From Nitrospirota bacterium (GTDB lineage: Bacteria > Nitrospirota > Thermodesulfovibrionia > Thermodesulfovibrionales > UBA6898), in contig JAYWMP010000141.1 of NCBI GenBank assembly GCA_035873255.1, positions 1 through 29,559 of the forward strand: a DNA stretch of 29,559 nucleotides. Reading direction: 5' to 3'. This document shows, one piece after another, positions 8,677 to 16,904 of the stretch. The notes below the pieces were generated by a model that saw only the letters and a program-made list of their open reading frames with translations, searched no databases and had not been told where the DNA came from. Within the stretch, counting starts at the first letter, position 1, and every line of letters starts with the position of its first letter. The position numbers were made by a program, and so were the translations under genes.

Positions 8677-10428
8677 ATGGAAAGCGGAAAGAATACAAGC
8701 CAGCCAGGCACGGAAGGAAGGGCCCCGGCCGGGACCTGTCCCCGGAACTATAAGCCCTGGGTCTGGACACTCGTTGTTATGGCCATCCTGACGCTCGCCT
8801 GGGCTGTATACGAGAACGTCAGGGAGGACGGCATCGTCGATGCACTGTTAGATGCAGGAGATTTTGCCGCCGCGAAGAACGGGGACCGAGGTCCAGTCAC
8901 GCGGACGGCTGCCGTGAAGGGGACTGTTGGCGGCCTGCAGTTATCCTACCACGACATCATTGAGACGGTGAGACCGGCGGTGATCAGTGTGAACGCAGCT
9001 GTCGCACCGGCACAGATGGGCAGTGCGCCGGCAGGAACAACGCCCAGCCTGGTGGCCGGGCTTCCCGCAGTGAATTATACGAGGGTGGGCTCCGGAGTGA
9101 TAATAGACTCGAATGGTTACGTGCTCAGCAGCCTCCATGTTATAAAGGGGGCCTCTGTACTCAAGGCAACGGTTTACGGCAAGGGTGGCTCCAGGGAATA
9201 TCCGCTGAAGGTGGTGAATGCCGACAACAAGACCGACCTGGTGCTTCTGAGGATCCAGGGCGAAGAACGGTTTCCCTACGCCACACTCGGAGATTCGGAC
9301 ATGATGAGGACCGGCGATGTGGTGCTCGCGATGGGGAGCCCCTTTGGCTTTGACCAGACCATAACCGCCGGCATAATAAGCAGCAGGCACAGGACCCTGC
9401 GCATAGGCAATGAGATCTATGAGGATGTTATCCAGACGGACACCCCAATCAACAAGGGCAACAGCGGAGGCCCACTGGTGAACGTGAGGGGTGAAGTGAT
9501 AGGGCTAAACACTGCAATTTATTCTCCGACAGGCTCTTTCAGCGGGATAGGTTTTTCCATTCCCGTCAACAGCGCCTCCACCCTGGTGTCCGGAGTCGTG
9601 GACTTCAGGGACGCCCCTGTCCAGGTGGCGGGAGGACAGATCGTGGCCTGGACGAGGCAGGGCAGACAGAGGGGTAACTCCTACAAGCTGCCGGGAGGAC
9701 AGATCATCAACCCACCCCACCAATATCGCGGCAAGTGCAGGGACTGCCACCCGCAACTGAAAAAGGGGATTACTGGTTTCAATGTACAACAGGCGGCCCC
9801 AGTCCCCGGCATGCAACAAAACAGCGAGCCCTTTCTCGGAATGAATCTCATAGAGGTGAACGACGTGGTGGCGAGGAGATTCGGTCTCCTTAACCCCCGG
9901 GGCCTTTTAGTTGACAGGGTTTATCCCGGGACTCCGGCTGCCGAAGCAGGGCTGTCAAGGGGGGACATCATTATGAGGGTCGATGGCCGGAAGATAAGGG
10001 GCCTCAAGCTCTTCAAAGAAGTCCTCGCCTCCAAGAGACTGGGGGAGAGTTTTGACCTGGTACTGTGGCAAAACGGCGGCAGGGAGACGGTTACGGTAAG
10101 GAGCATTCCCTACCCGGCCTTTATGCCGGGGCAGCAACCCGGAGGCACTCCGGGGCCTGCGGAGTTTGAGTGGCTCGGCGCTGAATTCATGCCCCTGGAC
10201 GCCGCCCTTTCGGCTTACGTGAAGCATGGCGTCTATGTGGCGGAGGTCGAGGGATTCCTGTCCGGGTCAGGCCTGCAAAAAGGCGACATAATTCAGGCCT
10301 TTGACGGTAAAAATGTGACGGACATGAACGCATTTATCGGTCTTGCGAAGAGGGCCAGGCCCAGGAAAGGCTTCCTGCTCGAAATCCTCCGCTCCGGGAG
10401 TCCCATGTATATATCGGTGAAGGGATGA
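8677..10428 (+). CDS. mamE: MamE: HtrA/DegP serine protease with one magnetochrome and two PDZ domains
   Basis: TM anchor, trypsin domain with triad motifs (GSGVII...SSLHV, DLVLL, GNSGGPL), PHQYRGKCRDCH heme motif, two PDZ domains (FLGM..., WLGA...). Confidence 0.92.
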   Translation: MESGKNTSQPGTEGRAPAGTCPRNYKPWVWTLVVMAILTLAWAVYENVREDGIVDALLDAGDFAAAKNGDRGPVTRTAAVKGTVGGLQLSYHDIIETVRPAVISVNAAVAPAQMGSAPAGTTPSLVAGLPAVNYTRVGSGVIIDSNGYVLSSLHVIKGASVLKATVYGKGGSREYPLKVVNADNKTDLVLLRIQGEERFPYATLGDSDMMRTGDVVLAMGSPFGFDQTITAGIISSRHRTLRIGNEIYEDVIQTDTPINKGNSGGPLVNVRGEVIGLNTAIYSPTGSFSGIGFSIPVNSASTLVSGVVDFRDAPVQVAGGQIVAWTRQGRQRGNSYKLPGGQIINPPHQYRGKCRDCHPQLKKGITGFNVQQAAPVPGMQQNSEPFLGMNLIEVNDVVARRFGLLNPRGLLVDRVYPGTPAAEAGLSRGDIIMRVDGRKIRGLKLFKEVLASKRLGESFDLVLWQNGGRETVTVRSIPYPAFMPGQQPGGTPGPAEFEWLGAEFMPLDAALSAYVKHGVYVAEVEGFLSGSGLQKGDIIQAFDGKNVTDMNAFIGLAKRARPRKGFLLEILRSGSPMYISVKG

Positions 10429-11168
10429 AAGAGATAATAAAGAAACTATATGCCGAGGAGCTGGAACTCATAGCTCCAGCTCCTCCCGCTGTGGACACCA
10501 GGAAGAGAAGCCTCCTGGTTCGCCTGAGGGCCTTCCTGTGGGAACGGCATACGGGTCCGATCAAGGTGGCCCTTGCGGCGTTTGTTCTGGCCGCCATCTC
10601 AGCCACCATCTATTACTATAATATGTTCACGATCAACAACTTCAAGGTGAGGCTTGAGATGGCGCAGATCGAGGCCCACCTCCAGAGACGCAACGATCTT
10701 ATCCCGAACCTGGTGGCTGCTGTAACGGATTACATGGATTATGAAAAGGACATATTCAGGCATGCAGCCGATGTGAGGGCCGCCATCAAGGGGATAGAGA
10801 TTTCCGCCAGGGATGTCTCCAGGCCTGAAGACTTCATGTCGGCGCTCACCAGGTTCCAGGCTGTGGCAGAGAATTATCCCCTGCTTAAGGCCTCTGACGC
10901 GTACCAGACGCTGATGAAGGAGCTTGCCAATACCGAGACGCTTATTGCGGAGGCGAGGATGAATTACAACAGGGCGGCCAATTATTATAACTCCCGGCTC
11001 CGGATGTTTCCTGCTAATCTTTTCAATCTGTTTCTCAGTTTCTATCCCGTGGATACCTTTGAATCCGAGGTGCTGGCAAAGACCGCTCCCGGAATGAGAG
11101 GGGCTGATGAGGTGAAAGGCATGGTCCAGGATCCAGGGACAGAAGGCCCGGTGGAACAGACACCCTGA
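10425..11168 (+). CDS. mamQ: LemA-family magnetosome protein MamQ
   Basis: KKLYAEELEL N-terminus, TM, then IEAHLQRRNDLIPNLV, YPLLKAS and YNSRLRMFPAN LemA motifs. ATGA overlap with mamE. Confidence 0.9.
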   Translation: MKEIIKKLYAEELELIAPAPPAVDTRKRSLLVRLRAFLWERHTGPIKVALAAFVLAAISATIYYYNMFTINNFKVRLEMAQIEAHLQRRNDLIPNLVAAVTDYMDYEKDIFRHAADVRAAIKGIEISARDVSRPEDFMSALTRFQAVAENYPLLKASDAYQTLMKELANTETLIAEARMNYNRAANYYNSRLRMFPANLFNLFLSFYPVDTFESEVLAKTAPGMRGADEVKGMVQDPGTEGPVEQTP

Positions 11169-11244
11169 GTGTCCGGCAGGTATATAGATGTGAGCGAAAA
11201 AACGGACCACGGAATTGCCGCCAGGCCGAATAAAGGGAGTTTTA

Positions 11245-12138
11245 ATGAGAAAAGTCTTTCTGCTTTTGACATTTATAGTAGTAATATTAGCGATCTGTTT
11301 GCCTGCCGGTGTTGCTGAAGCGGCTACGCATACTACAGGGGTGGCGAACACCTTTCTACTTGTTATTATAGGGATTTTTGTCGGGGCCGTGGGAACCCTG
11401 ATAGGCGCCGGCGGCGGATTCCTGGTTGTGCCTGTCCTTATAATCTTCTACGGCTTCTCCCCGCAGTTTGCCGTCGGCACATCCATGGCGGTTGTATTTT
11501 TTAATGCCGTTTCAGGGACCTTTTCATACATGGCCCAGAGCAAGGTGGATTACGAATTGGGTGTCAAGTTTGCCGTGGCGGCAGTGCCGGGTGTATTTAT
11601 CGGGGCCTTCGCCACCCAGGCCGCAAATGTCACCTTTTTTTCAGGCCTCTTCGCCTGCCTGATGCTGACGATGGCCTATCTGCTTATCTTTGTCAGGGAC
11701 CTCCAACTCGTTACATCGGCGGCAGGCAGCTCCAGTGCGAGGATAATCCGGGACTCTTACGGCGCTGAGCACGTTTATACCACGGACCTCTCCATAGGGA
11801 CAGGAGGCAGTTTTCTGGTCGGAATCATATCGGGTCTCTTCGGTATCGGCGGTGGGATAATTCATGTTCCTTTAATGAGTTTTATAGGTATGCCCATGCA
11901 TATCGCCACAGCCACTTCGCATTTTATTATAACCATCACAAGTTTTATCGGCATGCTCATTTTTCTCGGACTGAAGACCGTTGAGATCGATTTCGCCATA
12001 CCCCTCGGGATCGGGGCGATAATAGGCGCTTACGCAGGGGCGAATCTGGCGTTGATTACGGGAGCGGAGGCCATAAAGAAGCTTATCGCGGTTCTGCTTT
12101 TATTGGGCGCGGCCAGATTGCTTGCCGGAGTCTTGTGA
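11245..12138 (+). CDS. mamO: TauE/SafE-family multi-TM protein, MamO C-terminal homolog (MamO-Cter)
   Basis: GTLIGAGGGFLVVP and GLFGIGGGIIHVP TauE repeats, no protease domain. ATG at 11245 follows SD AAGGGAG; position after mamQ. Confidence 0.72.
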   Translation: MRKVFLLLTFIVVILAICLPAGVAEAATHTTGVANTFLLVIIGIFVGAVGTLIGAGGGFLVVPVLIIFYGFSPQFAVGTSMAVVFFNAVSGTFSYMAQSKVDYELGVKFAVAAVPGVFIGAFATQAANVTFFSGLFACLMLTMAYLLIFVRDLQLVTSAAGSSSARIIRDSYGAEHVYTTDLSIGTGGSFLVGIISGLFGIGGGIIHVPLMSFIGMPMHIATATSHFIITITSFIGMLIFLGLKTVEIDFAIPLGIGAIIGAYAGANLALITGAEAIKKLIAVLLLLGAARLLAGVL

Positions 12139-12195
12139 CGCCAGTTCCTGAACAGGGTACAGTCTAAAACAAAATTTATGAGTGAGGAGGTAATA

Positions 12196-13875
12196 ATGAC
12201 TAACAATTCATCAAGCAGGCCGGCCCTGCTGGCCGGTGTGGCCAAGGCCCTGAACGCCGGCGGTAAAGCCGTGGTTTCCGTGTATGACACAGGCTCGGGC
12301 CTGGTGGAGAAGATCTTCTCCACCGTAAGCCAGGTGACTGTCCTGCCCGAGAAGGCGATGGACCTCGCTGAACGACTCGGATCGGTAGAAAAGTGGAAGA
12401 TAGAAAAGGAGATCAAGGCATCCCGGGCCAGGATAAAGGAACTGTATTACGAGATAGGCTGTATGGAGGCCGGGCTTCCTGAATCCGCCGGACCTTCCGA
12501 GAGGGAGCCATTAAAGAGGTTGATTGCGGAAGTCAGGGAATATGAGCAGGAGATTGGGAGGCTGAAGACCAGGCTTGCGGAGATTGGAGCTGCGCAGACC
12601 GGGAGGATGCCGGCTGAAGCCGATGTGGTCAAATCCGTGCAGAGCGCTATTGAAGAAGGGTTGAAGTCCGGGGTCTTTGACAACCCAGGGGAAAAGGCCC
12701 TCTTTGAGCGGGTGGCGAAGGATCTCCTCGACAACAATCTCGGTGTCAGGCTGCTGGCTGTGGCGGAGCTTGGGAAGTTCGGCAACGAGGCCTGTGTCCC
12801 CGTGCTGATCAGTGCCGCAGGGTTCAGGACTCCTGAACTCCTGTCTGAAATAATAAGCATGCTTGTGAGTATAGCTGACAAGCGGGCCGTTCCCTTATTG
12901 AAGGAGCAGTTGTCCTCCCCAGTCTACAGGGTGAGAACGGGTTGCCTGAGGGGGCTTTACAGTCTGGCGGATGAAGAGGAACTACTCCCCCTTCTGACCG
13001 GGGCCCTTGGTGACAGCCATCCGGATGTGAGGGTGACGGCGGCAACCCTGCTTGGATGGAAGGGCAGTCCTGCTGCTGTCGAGGCGCTTTCTCTCTGCCT
13101 GAAGGACAGGGACGAAGCCGTGAGAAGGGCGGCTGTATCCGCCCTTGCCAATATAGGGGACAGTGCTGCCGTGCTTCTCTTGATCAACGTGTTGGGAGAC
13201 AGGAGCTCAGAGATACGCCAGAAGGCGCTTGAGGCCATAACGTCTCTCACTGGCAAGGAGATAGCATTTGATGTCCAGGTGGAAGGAACGGCCCTCTCCG
13301 AGGCTATCGACCGGCTGAAAGAGTGGTGGAAGAGTGAATCAGGGGAGGATCGGTCTGAAGTCGGTATCGAGGTGGAAGCTCAGGCCGGTGTTGCGGATGA
13401 AGTTGAGCCTGTTGCGGATGAAGGGCGTGAGCAGGAGACGGTCCAGGCACGCGAAGAGGAGATGGAGAGGGCAGACGTGGAAGCTCCCGGTGCTGAAAAA
13501 GAACCCGGGATCGATATCCCCGGGGTGGAGGAGGCACTGGCGAGTATTTCATCCGAGGCCCTCGCTGAGATAGAAGAGGCGGAATCTCCGGAAGAAGAGG
13601 AAAGGGTTGTCTCTGAAGGGCGGGATGACATGGATATCGAGGTGACCATCGCCGAGGAGACTGAAGGTGACTCTGAAAAAGAGATGAATCTTGAAGCGGT
13701 AATCGCCGAAGAGGTGAAGGAAGAACCCGGTGGTGAGGTGGAAAGCCCCAGTGAGAGCAAGCTGAAGAAGATGCAGCGGGCCGACCTTGTAACCCTCTGC
13801 AAGGAGTGGGGGATTGAGTGTGATGAGACATTTACAAAGGCGGAGATGATAAAACGTCTGACAGGACGGAAGTGA
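12196..13875 (+). CDS. mad23: Mad23-like HEAT-repeat protein with N-terminal coiled coil, acidic linker and small C-terminal helical domain
   Basis: PBS-lyase/HEAT repeats (LGDSHPDVRVTAATLLG, LKDRDEAVRRAAVSALA, LGDRSSEIRQKALEAI). ATG at 12196 follows SD GAGGAGG; position after mamO-Cter. Confidence 0.75.
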   Translation: MTNNSSSRPALLAGVAKALNAGGKAVVSVYDTGSGLVEKIFSTVSQVTVLPEKAMDLAERLGSVEKWKIEKEIKASRARIKELYYEIGCMEAGLPESAGPSEREPLKRLIAEVREYEQEIGRLKTRLAEIGAAQTGRMPAEADVVKSVQSAIEEGLKSGVFDNPGEKALFERVAKDLLDNNLGVRLLAVAELGKFGNEACVPVLISAAGFRTPELLSEIISMLVSIADKRAVPLLKEQLSSPVYRVRTGCLRGLYSLADEEELLPLLTGALGDSHPDVRVTAATLLGWKGSPAAVEALSLCLKDRDEAVRRAAVSALANIGDSAAVLLLINVLGDRSSEIRQKALEAITSLTGKEIAFDVQVEGTALSEAIDRLKEWWKSESGEDRSEVGIEVEAQAGVADEVEPVADEGREQETVQAREEEMERADVEAPGAEKEPGIDIPGVEEALASISSEALAEIEEAESPEEEERVVSEGRDDMDIEVTIAEETEGDSEKEMNLEAVIAEEVKEEPGGEVESPSESKLKKMQRADLVTLCKEWGIECDETFTKAEMIKRLTGRK

Positions 13876-13923
13876 TATGACACGGATAGTTATATCCCGC
13901 TTATGAACGAGAGGCGTCAGTAA

Positions 13924-15915
13924 ATGAAAACGTGTTCTGAGTGTGACGGGGATGACCCTTTATGGGACCACAAAAGCCGTACTTTGGCTATCGTTGGAAA
14001 TCTTAATGTTGGAAAATCCGTGCTTTTTGAGCGTATGTGTGGGACCAGGGCTGCAAGTTTCAATGTCCCGGGCACAACGGTGTCGGTCAGGAAAGGACAT
14101 ATAAAGGGAACGGACTATGACGTATACGATACACCCGGGGCGTATTCGGTTTTTTCGATGAATGAGGATGAAAGGGCCTCAAGGGATCTCCTCCTGATGG
14201 GAGGGGACTCTATCAGCGGTGTTGATGGGATAATCCTTGTGGCGGATGCAAAAAACCTGAAGCGTTCGATTGCCATTGCACTCCAGTATGCCGGGTACGG
14301 ACTGCCCATGCTCCTGGTTGTTAATATGGTGGATGAGGCTGCCTCCCGGGGTATTGAGGTTGACAGTGATAGTCTCTCGGAAGTTTTCGGAATAGACGTC
14401 TGTACAACGGTCGCCAGCGACGGGATCGGGGTCAGCAGTGTCATATCCCGGCTTAATGATATGCGGGTTCCACGAAGACTGGTCGAATATCCGGCGGTGG
14501 TCAAGGGATTCCTCGAAATCATGGACAAGCTCTTAACGTCGACCGGGGTCTCACCGGAGGCGCTGGGGCTACTCCTGCTTAATGGCGACAGGAGGGCGGA
14601 GGAATATGTGGAGAGAAACTTCGGTCCCGGGATGTTGAAGCAGGTCAAGGACCTTATTGATGAATTCCGGCGGGAGGCCCCGGGGGAGTGCAGGGTCCAG
14701 ATGGGGACACTCTATAACATGAAGGCGGTGCAGATCGCCTCCATGGTCCAGGAAGTTGAGCCCCCATCCAGAAACGAGCACCTTATAACCTTTGGAGACT
14801 GGTGCACGCAGTTGCACACGGGGATCCCGATTGCCTTCGCGGTCCTGGTGCTGATGTATCTGTTTGTGGGTGTCTTCGGGGCCACCTTCCTTGTGGATGC
14901 CATAAACGGTACTGTCTTTGAGGGCTTCCTGATTCCCTGGGTGAACAAGGTTGTTGAGCCCATACCGAGTCCGCTACTGCGTGACATGATAGTCGACCCT
15001 GATTTCGGTGTATTGCCCACTGGTGTCTTCCTTGCCCTCGGGCTTGTATTGCCGGTTATCTTCTGTTTTTATATAGCATTCAGGATACTGGAGGACTCGG
15101 GATATCTTTCGCGGATCTCGATCCTTCTTGACAGGATTTTCAAAAAGATGGGACTCAACGGCAAGGGTGTCATACCTCTTGTGATGGGGTTTTCCTGTGT
15201 AACAATGGCCATTCTGACGACGCGAATGCTCGACACAAAGAAGGAGAGATACATTGCAACCTTCCTCCTTCTCCTCGGCATGCCCTGCGCCCCTTTGCTT
15301 GCGGTCATGCTTGTTATACTGAATAAGTTGCCCATATCGGCAACCGTTACCGTATTCGGGATAATCTTTTCTCAGATGCTCATTGCAGGTCTTCTGGCAA
15401 ACAGGATATTGCCCGGAGAGAGGGCCTCTCTCCTGATGGAGATTCCTCCCATGCGGGTGCCGAACCTCTTCCAGGTGCTGAAGGTATCGGCGTCAAAGAC
15501 CTGTTTTTTCATGAAAGAGGCGGTGCCCATATTTATCATAGCATCCCTTGTTGTGTTTCTTTTTGAAAGGGCGGGGGGATTGGCGGCCCTTGAGAGGTTT
15601 TTCAGGCCTGTGATCAGCGGATTCATGGGACTACCCGAAAAGAGCGTGCAGGTTTTTATCAAGACCGTGATCCGCAGGGAGAGCGGGGCCGTTGAGCTTG
15701 AGCACATCAACGGTATGTATACTAACCTGCAGCTTGTCGTTAACCTGCTGGTGATGACATTTCTGGCGCCGTGTATTAACGCGACCATCGTTCTTTTCAA
15801 GGAACGTGGTGGAATGGCGGCCTCCGCAATCATCGGGGCCGTGACCGTATATGCCGTTGTAATAGGGAGCATAGTAAGCCAGACCTGCCGTTTTTTCGGA
15901 ATTACATTCACATAA
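13924..15915 (+). CDS. feoB: Ferrous iron transporter FeoB
   Basis: G motifs GNLNVGKS, PGTTV, DTPG, NMVD. Membrane domain with LEDSGYLSRI, GFSCVTMA and MEIPPMRVP gate motifs. Confidence 0.93.
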   Translation: MKTCSECDGDDPLWDHKSRTLAIVGNLNVGKSVLFERMCGTRAASFNVPGTTVSVRKGHIKGTDYDVYDTPGAYSVFSMNEDERASRDLLLMGGDSISGVDGIILVADAKNLKRSIAIALQYAGYGLPMLLVVNMVDEAASRGIEVDSDSLSEVFGIDVCTTVASDGIGVSSVISRLNDMRVPRRLVEYPAVVKGFLEIMDKLLTSTGVSPEALGLLLLNGDRRAEEYVERNFGPGMLKQVKDLIDEFRREAPGECRVQMGTLYNMKAVQIASMVQEVEPPSRNEHLITFGDWCTQLHTGIPIAFAVLVLMYLFVGVFGATFLVDAINGTVFEGFLIPWVNKVVEPIPSPLLRDMIVDPDFGVLPTGVFLALGLVLPVIFCFYIAFRILEDSGYLSRISILLDRIFKKMGLNGKGVIPLVMGFSCVTMAILTTRMLDTKKERYIATFLLLLGMPCAPLLAVMLVILNKLPISATVTVFGIIFSQMLIAGLLANRILPGERASLLMEIPPMRVPNLFQVLKVSASKTCFFMKEAVPIFIIASLVVFLFERAGGLAALERFFRPVISGFMGLPEKSVQVFIKTVIRRESGAVELEHINGMYTNLQLVVNLLVMTFLAPCINATIVLFKERGGMAASAIIGAVTVYAVVIGSIVSQTCRFFGITFT

Positions 15916-15931
15916 TAAAGGAGGCCAGCCT

Positions 15932-16594
15932 GTGCTGAACGAAGAACAGGAAGAGATACTGGAGGCGATCTGGATTGCAGGGGAGTACAAAAATTGTTCG
16001 ATGGATTCCGTCAGGAATCTCTGCGTCATAGACTTCTCTGATGCTGACGTTGCGGAGCTTGAGCGGAAGGGTCTTGTCGTAAGGAATACCGATAAAGTGC
16101 TTTTTTCGGGCGAGGGAAAGAAGATATCCGAGGGCATCATAAGGAGACACCGTCTGGCCGAAGTGCTGGTGACGAGTATCCTGAAACTGAAGGAGTCCGA
16201 CATGGAAAAGGTGGCCTGCAAGGTCGAACACGCCCTGCTGCCGGAGGTGGAGGAATCGATCTGCACGCTCCTTGGACATCCGGAACTATGCCCCGACGGA
16301 AAGCCGATTCCAAAGGGCAGATGTTGCGAAGACAGGCGCAGGGAGGTGAATAATACCGTGGTCAGCCTGGTTGAACTCAATCCCGGGGAGAGTGGCAAGA
16401 TTACTTATATCAAGCCGGGGAGTCATTCGAACCTGCATCAGCTGATATCCCTTGGCCTGCACCCGGGGATTATAGTTACACTGCACCGGTCAAACCCGGT
16501 CTTCTGTGTGAAGTTTGAAAATACCGAGGTTGCACTGGACAGGGACATAGCCGCCAATATATTTGTGTGGAGGGTTAATCCTGACGGATGTTAG
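15932..16594 (+). CDS. DtxR/MntR-family metal-dependent regulator with C-terminal FeoA (SH3-like) domain
   Basis: RRHRLAE, ACKVEH, LGHPELCPDGKPIP motifs and FeoA-like tail (LISLGLHPG...EVALDRDIAANIFV). GTG start after SD GGAGG. Confidence 0.85.
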   Translation: MLNEEQEEILEAIWIAGEYKNCSMDSVRNLCVIDFSDADVAELERKGLVVRNTDKVLFSGEGKKISEGIIRRHRLAEVLVTSILKLKESDMEKVACKVEHALLPEVEESICTLLGHPELCPDGKPIPKGRCCEDRRREVNNTVVSLVELNPGESGKITYIKPGSHSNLHQLISLGLHPGIIVTLHRSNPVFCVKFENTEVALDRDIAANIFVWRVNPDGC

Positions 16595-16686
16595 TATGAT
16601 GGTAGCTGTGACCGATGTTTGGGAGTAGTAAATGCACACCTTGCCTTAAAGCGTTTTGGCCTGGGGTTACATCTTCAGTAAAAAAG

Positions 16687-16733
16687 TCGGGGAAGAGAAT
16701 TCTCTTTCCCGGAAAGTCCCCTGTTATTTTTTT
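16687..16733 (+). terminator. Hairpin downstream of the cluster, possible terminator
   Basis: TCGGGGAAGAGAA/TTCTCTTTCCCGG inverted repeat centred on GAATTC (16687-16712, 2 G-U). A-run upstream and a T7 run at 16727-16733. Confidence 0.4.
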
Positions 16734-16904
16734 GATGGTGCAGGGATGCAACGACAACCGCATCCACAATCAGATGTCCTGGTCTCTTTTGCAATTTTAG
16801 AAGCCAAAAGCCAAGAGTTTGCAAGAGTGCTGTAATTTAATTGAGACAGTTGCAAAGAAACAGGGAAAGAGGCGAAAAAATAAAATTGGAATTATAATTA
16901 TAGT

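Noticed and set aside
1200-16594. Higher GC in the cluster than in the flanks as evidence of transfer
   Set aside because: Spot counts on a few lines were inconsistent (htpX and ctpA look as GC-rich as the cluster). A computed profile is needed.
16779-16855. Sigma54 promoter at the TTGCA motifs
   Set aside because: None has GG at the required GG-N10-GC spacing.
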